The notes below the pieces were generated by a model. That model had not been told where the DNA came from and searched no databases. It worked only from the letters and a program-made list of their open reading frames with translations. Shown here piece by piece: positions 9,275 through 21,258 of a stretch of 64,000 nt of DNA. Within the stretch, counting starts at the first letter, position 1, and each line of letters opens with the position of its first letter. The stretch is from Peptococcaceae bacterium. GTDB taxonomy: Bacteria; Bacillota; Peptococcia; Peptococcales; BICA1-8. A program made the position numbers and the translations under genes. The stretch spans positions 244,374 through 308,373 of the forward strand of contig JBMNCQ010000004.1 of assembly GCA_049366715.1 (NCBI GenBank), given 5' to 3'.

Positions 9275-9616
9275 TTAGTCCGTTACCAGTGCATTTAATA
9301 TCGAGCTTATTAAAGAGAGAATTATTGCTCCGATTGTAGCGGCCCAAAAACCGTGGACATCAAAGCCGTTTACGACAGTACCGGTTATCTTGAGCATAAA
9401 TCCATTAATAATTAGGGTAAATAATCCTAAAGTAAGCAGGTTAATTGGTAGGGTCAGGAATATAATGACCGGTCTAATAATAGCGTTAACGATACCTAGG
9501 ACCAGCGCAGCAAATAAAGCCGCCAGTATCCCATGTACTGCTATTCCTCCGATGATAAAAGAAGTGAAAATTAATGCCGCACCATTCAAAATCCAGCGAA
9601 CAACCCAGCCCTTCAT
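9275..9616 (-). CDS. YvlD-like 4-TM membrane protein (phage holin family 4)
   Basis: NAIIRPVIIFLTLPINLLTLGLFTLIING signature; position next to uvr genes. Confidence 0.88.
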   Translation of the reverse strand: MKGWVVRWILNGAALIFTSFIIGGIAVHGILAALFAALVLGIVNAIIRPVIIFLTLPINLLTLGLFTLIINGFMLKITGTVVNGFDVHGFWAATIGAIILSLISSILNALVTD

Positions 9617-9731
9617 TACATACCCCTCCTTATTCATTCGTTACTGATGACTAAAGTTACAGTTTTCAGCTCTCAATTACTTTTATTATTCATTCTCAAT
9701 TCTCCATTGCTCTTGCTATATATTATGCCGG

Positions 9732-11597
9732 TTACTCCTTATTGTGTCTCGTCCGCAGCAGCAAATCCTGGTGAGAGTGCAGATAATCATGAACCGCCTC
9801 GGCAACTTTTCTATTTACGCCCTCTACTTGCAGCAACTCGTCGACGCTCGCCTCCTGGATCTTTTTAAAAGACCCGAAATGTTTCAGTAAATTAATCTTC
9901 CGCTTCTCCCCGATTCCCGGAATGTCATCAAGAATAGAAGCCAGATTTCTTTTACCCCGGAGACTACGATGATAAGTAATTGCAAACCTGTGGGCTTCAT
10001 CCCTGATCCGCTGTAATAGATATAAAGAAAGTGATGAACGGGGTAAAATAATGGGTTCCGGCTGATTTTCCGTAAAAAGCCACTCTTCCTTTTTCGCCAA
10101 ACCATAAGTAGGAATATAAGAGAAGCCTTGTTCCTGCATGGCCTGCCGGGCAGCTTGCAGCTGGCCTTTTCCTCCGTCAATTATGACCAGGTCCGGTAAA
10201 ACGGAGAATTTACTTGTCTTCCCGGGTTCAATTTTCTCTTCCCGGGCATTTCTAAATCTCCTGGTAATTACCTCATACATACTGGCAAAATCATTAGGAC
10301 CCTCGACTGTTTTTATTTTGAAACGGCGGTATTGATCCTTTTTTGAACGGCCTCCTTCAAAAACAACCATAGAAGCCACACTTTCCGTCCCTTGGGTATT
10401 GGAAATATCATAGCATTCAATTCTCAAAGGAGGTTTTAAAAGTTTAAGTTCAGCTTGCAGTTCCATGACAGCCCCTTCCGTCATGGCTTTTTTCTGCTGT
10501 TTTTCCAGTTCAACTTTTTCAACGGCCTCTAAAGCATTTTTCCCGACCAGTTCGATTAGTTCTTTCCTTTCGCCCCGCTTAGGGACCTTAAGGTATACCC
10601 TCCCCCCCCTTTTTACAGACAACCATTCTTCAATAACCTTTCCTTCAGAAAGATCGGCCTCAACAAGAATTTCACGGGGTATGAAATCCTGCTCCAGGTA
10701 GTATTGCTTGATAAAGGCCTCCAGGACCTCACTTCTTTCCAAATCATCTGTTCCTTTGAGAAAGAAGTTTTCCCTGCCTATTAATTTCCCTTTACGAATA
10801 AAAAATATCTGAACACAGGCTTCATCAAAACCTCGGGCCATTGCTATCACATCCTGATCCGCTGCTTCATTGGAAACGATCTTTTGTTTTTCAATGACCT
10901 GCCTGATTCCTTGAATCTGATCCCTAATTTGAGCTGCCCATTCAAACTCCAGGTTTAAAGCCGCCTTTTCCATCTCTTTTTCTAACGTAACCAGCAAATC
11001 TTCCTGTTTGCCTTCTAAAAATAAAATCACCTGTTTAATTATGTCATGATACTGTTCTTTCGTTATCTTACCTACACAGGGCGCGGCACATCTGTTAATA
11101 TGGTTATTTAAACAAGGTCTGTCATTGGTAAATACCGTCTGTTTACAGCTTCGGAAAGGAAAAATCCTTTTTAACAATTCCAAGGTTTCCCGCAGAATAG
11201 TCGCACTCGTATATGGTCCATAATATTTTGAACCGTCCTTATTGATTTTCCGCGTGACATAGACCCGGGGAAAATCTTCATTGGTTATTTTTATATAAGG
11301 ATACGTTTTATCATCCTTTAAGTTAATATTATATTTCGGACGGTATTCTTTAATTAGGTTGCATTCTAAAATCAGCGCCTCTAGTTCATTATCGGTAAGG
11401 ATATAATCAAGATCAGCAATATTTTTCACCAAAGCCCTGGTTTTGGCTGAATCATACTTTTTGCTTTGAAAATACGATTTCACCCTGTTTTTTAGAGATA
11501 TCGCTTTCCCTACATAAATAATTTCCTCCCCGGCATCTTTCATCAAATATACACCCGGTTTATTAGGCAAAGCCTGCAGTTTATCCTGAAGGGACAT
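9732..11597 (-). CDS. uvrC: Excinuclease ABC subunit C
   Basis: PGVYLM…IYVGKA…RVKSYF (GIY-YIG), RIECYDISN, IDGGKGQL, RDEAHRFAI, HhH. Confidence 0.98.
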   Translation of the reverse strand: MSLQDKLQALPNKPGVYLMKDAGEEIIYVGKAISLKNRVKSYFQSKKYDSAKTRALVKNIADLDYILTDNELEALILECNLIKEYRPKYNINLKDDKTYPYIKITNEDFPRVYVTRKINKDGSKYYGPYTSATILRETLELLKRIFPFRSCKQTVFTNDRPCLNNHINRCAAPCVGKITKEQYHDIIKQVILFLEGKQEDLLVTLEKEMEKAALNLEFEWAAQIRDQIQGIRQVIEKQKIVSNEAADQDVIAMARGFDEACVQIFFIRKGKLIGRENFFLKGTDDLERSEVLEAFIKQYYLEQDFIPREILVEADLSEGKVIEEWLSVKRGGRVYLKVPKRGERKELIELVGKNALEAVEKVELEKQQKKAMTEGAVMELQAELKLLKPPLRIECYDISNTQGTESVASMVVFEGGRSKKDQYRRFKIKTVEGPNDFASMYEVITRRFRNAREEKIEPGKTSKFSVLPDLVIIDGGKGQLQAARQAMQEQGFSYIPTYGLAKKEEWLFTENQPEPIILPRSSLSLYLLQRIRDEAHRFAITYHRSLRGKRNLASILDDIPGIGEKRKINLLKHFGSFKKIQEASVDELLQVEGVNRKVAEAVHDYLHSHQDLLLRTRHNKE

Positions 11598-11672
11598 TTT
11601 TTCACCACCTTTGGCTTAAGGGTTAGGCTACGCAAACTGTCCGCCCGGAAGCCATGGCCCCATACTTCTGCT

Positions 11673-14495
11673 TCAAAGCAGGACTTTCCGCAGAAACTGC
11701 CCGGTATATGATGCTTCTACTGCAACGATTTCCTCAGGAGTTCCCGTGGCAATCACCCGACCGCCTTTGTTACCCCCTTCGGGCCCCAGATCGATCACAT
11801 AGTCGGCAGACTTAATCACGTCTAGATTATGTTCGATTACCAGTACTGAATCACCGGCATCTACCAGTCTGCCTAAAACACCGAGCAGTTTATGAATATC
11901 GGCAATATGCAGTCCTGTCGTCGGCTCATCGAGAATATAGAGGGTCTTGCCGTTGCTGCGCCGGGAGAGTTCAGCAGCCAGTTTTATCCTTTGGGCCTCC
12001 CCTCCGGAAAGTGTTGTGGCCGGCTGTCCCAGTCTAATATACCCCAGTCCCACATCTTGCAGGGTTTTAAGCTTCCGGTAGATCTTGGGGATATTTTGAA
12101 AAAAATCAGCCCCTTGGTTAACGGTCATATCCAGCACCTGGGAGATGTTTTTTCCTTTATATCTGATATCTAAAGTTTCCCGGTTATAACGCTTACCTTT
12201 ACAGACCTCACAAGGCACATAGACGTCCGGCAGGAAATGCATCTCGATTTTTATAATACCGTCACCCCGGCATGCTTCACATCTCCCGCCCTTAACATTA
12301 AAGCTGAAGCGGCCCGGCTTATACCCCCGCATCCTGGAATCGGGTGTTTGCGAAAAGACCTGCCTGATATCATCAAAAACCGAAGTATACGTAGCAGGAT
12401 TTGAGCGCGGTGTGCGGCCGATAGGGGATTGATCGATATCTATGATCTTATCCAGATGCTCGATGCCTTCGATTCCCTTATGCTGCCCCGGTCTAGCCTT
12501 AGAATTGCTGTAAAGCCTTGACACCAATGCCTTATAAATTATCTCATTTACCAGCGTACTTTTCCCTGAACCGGATACTCCGGTAACACAGGTAAATACA
12601 CCTAAGGGAACGTCTGCATCAATATTTTTTAAATTATTTTCAGTGGCATTCCTGACCCTGATCCATTTGCCATTAGGCTGACGTCTTACCTTCGGTACAG
12701 GGATTTTCTTAATACCGGCTAAATACTGTCCGGTTATAGAATCCTCAACCTGCTTTATTTCTTCGGCCGTACCCTGGGCAACGACATACCCTCCCTGAAC
12801 TCCGGCCCCGGGACCAATATCAATGATATGATCCGCCGTCAGCATCGTATCTTCATCATGCTCAACTACGATTAAGGTATTTCCCAGATCCCGCAAATGT
12901 TCTAAGGTCTTGATTAACCGGGCATTGTCACGCTGGTGCAGGCCGATACTGGGTTCATCTAAAATATACAGCACACCGACCAGTCCGGAACCTATTTGCG
13001 TAGCCAGCCTGATCCGTTGTGCTTCCCCCCCGGATAAGGTACCGGCTGCCCGGGATAAAGTAAGGTAATCCAACCCCACATTTACTAAGAAATTTAATCT
13101 TTCTTTTATTTCCTTCAAGACCTGACGGGCAATAAGCATTTCCCTTTCCGAGAGCTCTAAATGGTCAAAAAACCCTTTCATTTCCAGGATAGACACATTT
13201 GTAACTTCATTAATATTCTTACCGGCAATTTTTATCGCCAGCACTTCCGGCTTCAAACGGGCTCCCCTGCACACCGGACAAGGTTTATTCGTCATATATT
13301 GCTCAATATCCGATCTGGAATAATCAGATTGGGTTTCCAAATACCTTCTTTGGAGATTGGGAATTACGCCTTCAAAAACAGTATCATAAACCCGGGCCTC
13401 ATTATACATATTCGTATATTTAAACCGGATTTTTTCCTGGCCTGAGCCATAGAGTATCCTGTCAAGATGTTCCGCTTTCAGTTTGGCAACAGGCGTGTTG
13501 ATGCTGAATCCATAATGTTTAGCCAATGATTCCAAAAGCTGTCCGTAATAACTCTGGGTACTTTTACTCCAGGGAAGGATCGCCCCCGCAGCAAGGGAAA
13601 GGCTGGAATCAGGAATTACCAGATCCGCATCGATCTCCATTTTTGAACCTAAACCGTCACATTCCGGGCAGGCCCCGAACGGACTGTTAAAGGAAAACAT
13701 CCTGGGGGTAATCTCTGCAAAGCTGATTCCGCAATCTACACAGGCAAAATTCTGGCTGAAGACAAGCTTTTCTCCGTCAATTACATCGATAAACACGACT
13801 CCGGCAGCCAAATTTAAAGCTGCTTCCAATGAATCGGCAAGCCTGTTTTCAATACCTTCCTTAATGATAATTCTATCGATCACAACTTCGATATTATGTT
13901 TCTTATTTTTATCCAGTTTAATTTCTTCCGCTACTTCCCGGAGCTCACCGTTTACCATTACTCTTACATAACCACTTTTTTTAAGCTCCTCTAAAACTTT
14001 CTGATGTTCCCCTTTTCTCCCCCTGACCACAGGCGCAAGAATTTGCAGCTTTGTTCTTTCCGCCAGCCCCATTAATTGGTCAACAATTTGCTGCACGGTT
14101 TGCTGGGCAATTTTTTTCCCGCATTTAGGACAATGAGGCACGCCGATTCGGGCAAAAAGCAACCGCAGATAATCATAAATTTCCGTTACCGTTCCTACTG
14201 TTGAACGGGGATTCCTGCTGGTGGTCTTCTGGTCAATGGAAATCGCCGGAGAAAGGCCTCCGATATAATCCACATCAGGTTTATCCATCTGGCCTAAAAA
14301 CTGACGGGCATAGGCCGATAAGGATTCCACATATCTACGCTGCCCTTCAGCATAAATCGTATCAAAAGCCAGGGAGGACTTGCCGGAACCACTTAACCCG
14401 GTAATGACCACAAATTTATCCCTGGGTATTTCAATATCTATATTTTTCAAATTGTGCACCCTGGCACCTTTAACCACAATTTTATCTTTCGCCAT
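11673..14495 (-). CDS. uvrA: Excinuclease ABC subunit A
   Basis: Two ABC modules ([28 protein letters not shown]) with zinc fingers; start at ATG 14495 behind GGAGG. Confidence 0.99.
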   Translation of the reverse strand: MAKDKIVVKGARVHNLKNIDIEIPRDKFVVITGLSGSGKSSLAFDTIYAEGQRRYVESLSAYARQFLGQMDKPDVDYIGGLSPAISIDQKTTSRNPRSTVGTVTEIYDYLRLLFARIGVPHCPKCGKKIAQQTVQQIVDQLMGLAERTKLQILAPVVRGRKGEHQKVLEELKKSGYVRVMVNGELREVAEEIKLDKNKKHNIEVVIDRIIIKEGIENRLADSLEAALNLAAGVVFIDVIDGEKLVFSQNFACVDCGISFAEITPRMFSFNSPFGACPECDGLGSKMEIDADLVIPDSSLSLAAGAILPWSKSTQSYYGQLLESLAKHYGFSINTPVAKLKAEHLDRILYGSGQEKIRFKYTNMYNEARVYDTVFEGVIPNLQRRYLETQSDYSRSDIEQYMTNKPCPVCRGARLKPEVLAIKIAGKNINEVTNVSILEMKGFFDHLELSEREMLIARQVLKEIKERLNFLVNVGLDYLTLSRAAGTLSGGEAQRIRLATQIGSGLVGVLYILDEPSIGLHQRDNARLIKTLEHLRDLGNTLIVVEHDEDTMLTADHIIDIGPGAGVQGGYVVAQGTAEEIKQVEDSITGQYLAGIKKIPVPKVRRQPNGKWIRVRNATENNLKNIDADVPLGVFTCVTGVSGSGKSTLVNEIIYKALVSRLYSNSKARPGQHKGIEGIEHLDKIIDIDQSPIGRTPRSNPATYTSVFDDIRQVFSQTPDSRMRGYKPGRFSFNVKGGRCEACRGDGIIKIEMHFLPDVYVPCEVCKGKRYNRETLDIRYKGKNISQVLDMTVNQGADFFQNIPKIYRKLKTLQDVGLGYIRLGQPATTLSGGEAQRIKLAAELSRRSNGKTLYILDEPTTGLHIADIHKLLGVLGRLVDAGDSVLVIEHNLDVIKSADYVIDLGPEGGNKGGRVIATGTPEEIVAVEASYTGQFLRKVLL

Positions 14496-14519
14496 CTCTT
14501 TTCCTCCAATTTTTCTAGT

Positions 14520-14948
14520 GGGTAACATTCCAGGTCAGTTTCAGACTCACAGGCCTAAAAGCTTATTTGTCAGTGATACGCATAGGTAACTTGCGGGGTC
14601 AGCTTTTTTATTTGAAAGTAAATTTGTTTGTCAGTATATATGCTTAGAAGCAATCTTGTTGGTTGGTGTATCTCTTAAGTAAATATTTTGTATCGGTATT
14701 AATTTAGGATAGTTCAATTTGTTAGTATATGCTTCAAAGTGATCTTATCGGTCAAAATATATTTAAGCATATATTCTTGGCAAGAACAAAATTATGTGTA
14801 AATTATTATGTTTGTAAGATTTAAACTAACACAATAGAATAGCCCATAAAAACTGCTGACCAATAAAATTACCCTCTAGTAACTTCTGACATAAAGGATT
14901 ACTTAGACGCTCACCCGACTAATCATGCTGCCTAAGCAGCTCACCCAT
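14520..14948. repeat. Bipolar degenerate ~30-bp-period array filling the uvrB-uvrA spacer
   Basis: Ten GTCAG-like cores at 14534-14810, then four CTGAC-like cores at 14826-14915. Confidence 0.8.
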
Positions 14949-14952
14949 GAGC

Positions 14953-16935
14953 CTACAGTTTCCCTTTCAACTCTATAATCAAGTCCCTGATCATGGCTGC
15001 TTTTTCAAACTCTAAAGCCTTGGCAGCCTCCTGCATATCTTTTTCCAGATCTTTGATTAACTTCTTCAATTCGTTTTTCGGCATCCGCTCAACTTTATCC
15101 TGAGTAAGCTGATATTCCGGACCCTTTTCCGCCACCGCCGTTGCTTCTATGACAGACCGCACGGATTTCTTGATCGTCTGAGGTGTAATATGATGTTCTT
15201 CATTAAATTCCATCTGCCTTTGACGACGCCGGTTTGTTTCGTCAATAGCCCGCTGCATGGATCCTGTCACTACATCTCCATACATGATTACTTTACCGTT
15301 AACATTTCTGGCTGCCCGGCCGATGGTCTGGATTAATGAACGGTCCGATCGCAAAAACCCTTCCTTATCGGCATCAAGGATGGCAACTAAGGATACTTCC
15401 GGGAGGTCCAGACCTTCCCTTAAGAGATTTATCCCGACAAGGATATCAAATACCCCCAGCCGTAAATCCCGGAGAATTTCCATTCGTTCAATGGTTTTAA
15501 TTTCCGAGTGCAGATAACGTACCCTCAGCCCGGTTTCTTTAAAGAAATCAGTCAGATCTTCCGCCATCTTTTTCGTCAGGGTGGTAATCAATACCCGTTC
15601 ATCTCTCTCTACTCTAATCCGGATTTCATTTAACAGGTCGTCAATCTGACCCTTAACCGGCCTGACCTCAATCTCCGGATCGACAAGACCCGTAGGCCTG
15701 ATGATCTGTTCCACAGTCCGTTTGCTGTGTTGTATTTCATAGGATCCCGGAGTGGCAGAGACGAAAATGACCTGCCCCACCTTTTCTTCAAACTCATGGA
15801 ACTGCAGAGGCCGGTTATCCAAGGCCGACGGCAGTCTAAAACCGTGCTCCACTAAACTGGTTTTCCGCGATTTGTCCCCTTCGTACATTCCCCCGATTTG
15901 CGGGATTGTTACGTGGGATTCGTCAATCATAATCAAAAAATCCTCCGGGAAAAAATCCAGCAGGGTATAGGGAGCATCGCCGGGCTTCCTCCCCGTCAAA
16001 TGCCGGGAATAATTCTCTATCCCCGTACAAAAACCCACTTCCCGTATCATTTCTAAATCATATTTTGTTCTTTGTTCCAGGCGCTGAGCCTCTAAAAGCT
16101 TGTCCTTACTTCTTAGCTCACTGAGCCTTTGCTCCAGTTCCTCTTCGATTTTCCTTAAAGCGGTATCCAGATGTTCAGGATCTGTAATATAGTGCGTAGC
16201 GGGAAATATGCTGATATGCTTTCTCTGCCCTAATATTTCACCCGTTAAGATGTCTATCTCCATGATCCGCTCGATTTCATCACCAAACATTTCGATCCGA
16301 ATGGCCTTTTCCGATAAAGACGCAGGAAGTACCTCTACGACATCACCTCTGACTCGGAAAGTCCCCCGCACAAAATTTACATCATTTCTTTCGTATTGAA
16401 TATCAACAAGCTTACGGAGGATTTTATCCCGGTCATAGACCTGTCCCACCCTTAAAGAAAGTGTTTGATTTTTATAGTCTTCAGGAGAACCTAAGCCATA
16501 GATACAGGATACACTGGCAACAATAATTACGTCTCTTCTCTCAAAAAGGGCAGAGGTGGCCGAGTGTCTTAACTTTTCTATCTCTTCATTAATTTGGGCA
16601 TCTTTTTCTATATATGTATCTGTATGGGCGATATATGCCTCCGGTTGGTAGTAATCATAATAACTCACAAAATATTCTACGGCATTTTCAGGAAAAAATT
16701 CTTTAAACTCACTGCAGAGCTGTGCTGCCAATGTCTTATTATGGGCGATCACCAGGGTAGGTCGGTTAACCTCCGCAATCACATTAGCCATGGTGAAAGT
16801 TTTTCCGGAACCTGTTACCCCTAATAAAGTTTGTTTGGGTATTCCGCAATATAATCCGTCAGCAAGTTCAGCAATTGCCTGAGGCTGACCGCCTTTAGGC
16901 TGATAGTCTGAAACCAGTTTAAACTTATCCGACAT
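14953..16935 (-). CDS. uvrB: Excinuclease ABC subunit B
   Basis: [33 protein letters not shown]-terminal UVR domain. Confidence 0.99.
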   Translation of the reverse strand: MSDKFKLVSDYQPKGGQPQAIAELADGLYCGIPKQTLLGVTGSGKTFTMANVIAEVNRPTLVIAHNKTLAAQLCSEFKEFFPENAVEYFVSYYDYYQPEAYIAHTDTYIEKDAQINEEIEKLRHSATSALFERRDVIIVASVSCIYGLGSPEDYKNQTLSLRVGQVYDRDKILRKLVDIQYERNDVNFVRGTFRVRGDVVEVLPASLSEKAIRIEMFGDEIERIMEIDILTGEILGQRKHISIFPATHYITDPEHLDTALRKIEEELEQRLSELRSKDKLLEAQRLEQRTKYDLEMIREVGFCTGIENYSRHLTGRKPGDAPYTLLDFFPEDFLIMIDESHVTIPQIGGMYEGDKSRKTSLVEHGFRLPSALDNRPLQFHEFEEKVGQVIFVSATPGSYEIQHSKRTVEQIIRPTGLVDPEIEVRPVKGQIDDLLNEIRIRVERDERVLITTLTKKMAEDLTDFFKETGLRVRYLHSEIKTIERMEILRDLRLGVFDILVGINLLREGLDLPEVSLVAILDADKEGFLRSDRSLIQTIGRAARNVNGKVIMYGDVVTGSMQRAIDETNRRRQRQMEFNEEHHITPQTIKKSVRSVIEATAVAEKGPEYQLTQDKVERMPKNELKKLIKDLEKDMQEAAKALEFEKAAMIRDLIIELKGKL

Positions 16936-16955
16936 GATTTTAACACCACCTGATT

Positions 16956-17095
16956 CGTTACTAGTGACTAGCTATTCGTTAGCCGGTAGCAATTTATAAC
17001 GATAACCTCCGGTTACCGGCCGGTGCTCAATGCCCGGAACTTCAACATTGGGAACAGGATTTTACACACCACTCTTTTTACAGAGCACCGGTACC
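16956..17095. repeat. Decayed heptamer array upstream of uvrB
   Basis: TCGTTAC TAGTGAC TAGCTAT TCGTTAG followed by a weakly 7-periodic opposite arm. Confidence 0.5.
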
Positions 17096-17255
17096 AAAAG
17101 TATCTGATTCCTTTTACTCCGATAAATCTATCTAACATGAGATTATATCATACTTATTACAAACTTTCTTTTTCCTAATGTAATATTCAAATAAATATTC
17201 CATGTAATTATTGGATACTATACTAACTAGAACAAAATCCTGCGGAGGAACGATT

Positions 17256-17741
17256 ATGGCTGCTCAACGTATTCTTACCCTTGGCGGACTGGTACTAATT
17301 ATTTTCGGTGTAATCTTTGGCTTTATCGATCTGCTCTTTTTGGAAAGATCCTATTTTAATGCCAGACTAGCCGGCCTCCAGCAAGCCTTGGAGTATCTTA
17401 ACAAGGGCCAGGAAAGCCAAGCACTCAGTTATATCTATCAGTTCGAAAAAATAAATCATACTCTGTATAAGCTCACAGCGGCTAATTTCCATTTTTTTAT
17501 TTATGGTATGCTGGCGATTCTCCTTGCTTATCTCTTACCCCAAATTCCCTTTAACCAAAAATTAACCCTTTTTCTGGCAATAATCATGCCGGCAGGGGGG
17601 CTGCTCTTTACCCTGGGGACAATTCTACAGGCTTACGGATCCGGCATAGGTTTTTATTTTACTTTATTGGGCGGAAGCTGGGTTTTTATTGCGCTAAGCA
17701 GCTTTTTCAGCGGATATTATTTACGAAAATATTCTCTTTAA
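17256..17741 (+). CDS. Uncharacterised multi-pass membrane protein, first gene of hydrogenase operon
   Basis: About 4 hydrophobic helices; ATG 17256 behind GGAGG; ends 17 bp before the small subunit gene. Confidence 0.75.
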   Translation: MAAQRILTLGGLVLIIFGVIFGFIDLLFLERSYFNARLAGLQQALEYLNKGQESQALSYIYQFEKINHTLYKLTAANFHFFIYGMLAILLAYLLPQIPFNQKLTLFLAIIMPAGGLLFTLGTILQAYGSGIGFYFTLLGGSWVFIALSSFFSGYYLRKYSL

Positions 17742-17758
17742 AACAGGAGGGATAAGCG

Positions 17759-19036
17759 GTGCTCAGCAGGAGAAAATTTTTAAAATTATGCATGCAGTCT
17801 ACGGCCGGAATAGGTCTGGCAAGCTTGCTCCGTCCCAATATTTTAACGGCATTGGCCCAGGGAGAAATCCCCCGTCCTCCTGTAATCTGGCTGGAATTAG
17901 GCTCATGTACGGGGGAATCAATCTCCTTGGATAATACTCTTGACCCTAATTTAAAAAGACTTTTCCTGGAAATGATCGAGCTCCGTTATCACTGGTTATT
18001 CATGCAGAGTCAGGGAGCCATGGCAGTAGAAGTAATTGACAGAACGGTGCGGGAAAACGAGGGGCAATTCATTCTGGTAGTGGAAGGTTCCGTGCTAACC
18101 AAAGATGACGGCAGGTATAACCATGTTTTAGACAGGAAAGGTAAATTAATCACCGGTATCTCCCTTTTAAAAGAAATTGCCCCTAAAGCCAAATATGTAG
18201 TAGCCGTAGGGGCATGTGCCGCTTTCGGCGGTCCGGGAGCAGCCTATCCTAATCCTGCCGGCGCCGTAGGGGTAAAAGATGTCTTAACCAGAAAAGTAAT
18301 TAATGTTCCCGGCTGCCCCGCCCATGATGAGTGGATGGTGGGAACCCTTGCCCACCTGATTATGTATGGTGAGCCGGAACTCAATAATTATAACTGTCCG
18401 ACTATGTTCTTTGGTAAAACAATTCATGACCTTTGCAGCCGCCGTTCTGATTATAACAACGGTAAATTTGCCGATTATCCCGGCGAAGAAGGCTGCTTCT
18501 ATAAAATCGGCTGTAAGGGGCCTGTTACCTATGCAGACTGTCCCACCAGGCAATGGAATAACCATGTGAACTGGCCGGTCAAAGCAGGCATCCCCTGTAT
18601 AGGATGTGCCAGCCCGCACTTTCCTGATGGAATGATGCCCTATTTTCAGCATCTGCCTGACATCTATCTGCCCGGGGGGAAAGTCAGAATTGAAAAAGTC
18701 GGGGCAGCATTGGGAGGAGCGGCATTACTGGGCATTTCCACCCACGCCCTGGGATCGGTTATCACCGGAAGAACGGGTAAACATCTGCTAAAAGGTACTA
18801 AGCTGCCGGAACCCAATCCCGGTGAGCAAGTCTCTGCTCAGGAAATACTGGTTAACAGTATCGAAGAAGGCTTACATGAGCAGCATGCAGAGTTTTCTCA
18901 AGAAGTATTCTTAGATAAGCTGGATAAAGTAATAAGCTCCCAGCAAGAAATAGCTAAAGATATAATTAAGCTCAAACGTCCCCGGACGCCTTTAATGAAA
19001 AAGTTTAAATTTTGGGGAAAAAGGAATGACAAATAA
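17759..19036 (+). CDS. [NiFe] uptake hydrogenase small subunit (Tat signal, C-terminal anchor)
   Basis: SRRKFLK twin-arginine motif, CTGE/GACA/PGCP, HDLC…GCKGP, PCIGC. Confidence 0.95.
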   Translation: MLSRRKFLKLCMQSTAGIGLASLLRPNILTALAQGEIPRPPVIWLELGSCTGESISLDNTLDPNLKRLFLEMIELRYHWLFMQSQGAMAVEVIDRTVRENEGQFILVVEGSVLTKDDGRYNHVLDRKGKLITGISLLKEIAPKAKYVVAVGACAAFGGPGAAYPNPAGAVGVKDVLTRKVINVPGCPAHDEWMVGTLAHLIMYGEPELNNYNCPTMFFGKTIHDLCSRRSDYNNGKFADYPGEEGCFYKIGCKGPVTYADCPTRQWNNHVNWPVKAGIPCIGCASPHFPDGMMPYFQHLPDIYLPGGKVRIEKVGAALGGAALLGISTHALGSVITGRTGKHLLKGTKLPEPNPGEQVSAQEILVNSIEEGLHEQHAEFSQEVFLDKLDKVISSQQEIAKDIIKLKRPRTPLMKKFKFWGKRNDK

Positions 19037-20449
19037 ATGGTGAAAAAAAGGATTTTCCCTTTAACAAGAATCCATGAACCAATGCAAGTTGATGTAGAGG
19101 TTAATAACGGCCGGGTCACCGATGCCTGGATTAGCGGGACTTTGTTCCGTGGTTTTGAATTAATGCTGCAAAATCGCGATCCCAGAGATACACCGATTTA
19201 TTCCCAAAGGATCTGCGGAATTTGCTCCACAGCCCATGCTTATGCCAGTACATTAGCCTTAGAAGATGCTTACGGTATCAAGCCGTCTCCCAACGGGGCC
19301 ATAATCCGCAATCTGATTTTCAGCTCTGACTTTATCCAGAATCATTTGCGCCAGTTTTATGTTCTTGCTATGCCTGATTATGCCAGGGGCCCTGATACTC
19401 CGCCTTTCCGCCCCTTATTAAAGGGGGATTACCGCATCCCCCCCGCCAAAGAAAAAAAAATTTATGAGAATTTCTGGAAAGCAACGGAATTAAGTGCTAA
19501 GGCCCATCAAATGGTAGCGATCTGGGGAGCTAAAGCACCTCACCAGCAAACCATAATTCCCGGCGGCGTAACAGAAAAACCTACGACAGATAAAATCACT
19601 ATGTTTATGTCCCTTCTTCAAGAAATGGAAAATTTTATTAACGATCACTATATACCTGATGTTTACACGATCATTGAACACTATCCCGAATATTTTGAAA
19701 TAGGGAAAGGCTACGGCAACTTGATATCTTTCGGCGCCTTTACCAGAGAGGATAGCGCAGGCAGTTATTTTAAAGGAGGGATTATTAAGAACTTTAGTAA
19801 AGAAATTGCTGCGATCAATGACTCCCGCATTACCGAAGAAGTTATATCTTCCTGGTATAGCCAGGCCGAATTAGCAAAACATCCTTTTGAGGAAACAACA
19901 ATTCCTGACAGGAATAAACCCCAGGCTTATTCCTGGATTAAAACACCTCTTTATCATAGCGAACCTGTTGAAGGCGGACCTATTGCCCGTTTATGGCTGA
20001 ATGGGAAGTACCAGAGGGGCGTCTCGGTAAACGACAGAAACATTGCCCGGGCTCTGGAACTCAAAGAATTAACGGAACTGATGCATACCTGGATAGAAAA
20101 ACTAAACCTGCAGCAGCCGACATTTATTAAATATGAACCGCAGTTTACCGCCCGGGGAGCAGGCTTAACTGATTCCATGAGAGGCCCGCTGGGGCACTGG
20201 ATCAAAATTAAAGACGGCCGGACCTCTCATTATCAGGTAATAACTCCTAGTTCCTGGAATTTTGCCGCGCGGGATAGTAAAAACAGGAGAGGTCCGGTAG
20301 AAGAGGCTCTGATTGACACTCCTGTGGAGGATACGGAAAGCTTAATCGAAGTAGGCAGGGTTATCCGCTCTTTCGACCCTTGTTTTTCTTGTGCAGTTCA
20401 TGCCGTCCAAGGAGATAAAACCTGGCAAAAGTATAAGCTCCAAGACTAA
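19037..20449 (+). CDS. [NiFe] hydrogenase large subunit
   Basis: L1 QRICGICSTAH, L2 SFDPCFSCAVH plus 15-aa cleavable tail. Confidence 0.96.
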   Translation: MVKKRIFPLTRIHEPMQVDVEVNNGRVTDAWISGTLFRGFELMLQNRDPRDTPIYSQRICGICSTAHAYASTLALEDAYGIKPSPNGAIIRNLIFSSDFIQNHLRQFYVLAMPDYARGPDTPPFRPLLKGDYRIPPAKEKKIYENFWKATELSAKAHQMVAIWGAKAPHQQTIIPGGVTEKPTTDKITMFMSLLQEMENFINDHYIPDVYTIIEHYPEYFEIGKGYGNLISFGAFTREDSAGSYFKGGIIKNFSKEIAAINDSRITEEVISSWYSQAELAKHPFEETTIPDRNKPQAYSWIKTPLYHSEPVEGGPIARLWLNGKYQRGVSVNDRNIARALELKELTELMHTWIEKLNLQQPTFIKYEPQFTARGAGLTDSMRGPLGHWIKIKDGRTSHYQVITPSSWNFAARDSKNRRGPVEEALIDTPVEDTESLIEVGRVIRSFDPCFSCAVHAVQGDKTWQKYKLQD

Positions 20450-20518
20450 ATCCGGCAAAACCGGCTTTATGGTTTGACAAACCGTCCCTTGACACACTTA
20501 CAGATTGGAGGTAATTTC

Positions 20519-21136
20519 GTGTGTGATAAACCTTCTTCCCCCTCGACCCGGCCCCCTAGCCACTACAAGCTGGTTGAACTTCATCCGCTGGCTGTCCGGC
20601 TGCTTCATTGGAATCAGGTATTCATCCTGCTGACCCTGATATCCTGCGGCTTATATATTCATCATCCGGGATTATTTCCTATCCCCTTGGGAACTGTAAA
20701 AAATATCAAGAGTATCGGAAATTTTCTCTTAATCGCTAATACGATGGTTTATATTTATTATAGTATCATCACCGGCCATTACCATGATCTCATCTTCGCC
20801 CCCAAAGATATTAAATTTCTCAGAGGCTTCTTTAAATATATTCTTTTTCTGAAAGAAAGTCCCGGCTATTATGGAAAGTATACTCCCGGCCAGAAGATAA
20901 CCTATACATTATGGTTACTATTAATTCTCAATCAGATCGGAACAGGTCTTATGATGTTTTTTCCCGAAACATTCGGCTATTTTATTAAATTAGCAGGAGG
21001 TTTAAACAAAATAAGACTGATCCATTACTTCCCATCCTGGCTTTTTATTTCTACCATTCCTATCCATGTATATCTGGCTATTACGGAAAACCCGGCCAAG
21101 CTGCAAAGCATCTTCACCGGCTACGCCAGACGGTAA
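20519..21136 (+). CDS. Ni/Fe-hydrogenase b-type cytochrome subunit
   Basis: VRLLHW, GKYTPGQK, RLIHY, IHVYL; GTG start at 20519 behind GGAGG. Confidence 0.9.
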   Translation: MCDKPSSPSTRPPSHYKLVELHPLAVRLLHWNQVFILLTLISCGLYIHHPGLFPIPLGTVKNIKSIGNFLLIANTMVYIYYSIITGHYHDLIFAPKDIKFLRGFFKYILFLKESPGYYGKYTPGQKITYTLWLLLILNQIGTGLMMFFPETFGYFIKLAGGLNKIRLIHYFPSWLFISTIPIHVYLAITENPAKLQSIFTGYARR

Positions 21137-21258
21137 AGGCAGATTTCCGCATTCCTTTTGCCCCAACCCTGAAACTCACCTTGAGGCCGGCACAGGGATA
21201 TCTTTACCTCCAGCCTTTATCGATAATCTTAAACTATTAATTTAAAGTCAGGTGATTC

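Noticed and set aside
9275-9616. Prophage inferred from a holin-family gene
   Set aside because: YvlD-like genes are conserved beside uvr genes; no other phage genes are present.
14520-14948. CRISPR or TIGR guide-array interpretation of the 30-bp arrays (CTGA resembles box D)
   Set aside because: Units are highly degenerate, change orientation mid-array, and no cas or Nop-domain gene is in the window.
16936-17210. LexA box upstream of uvrB
   Set aside because: No GAAC-N4-GTTC match found by eye.
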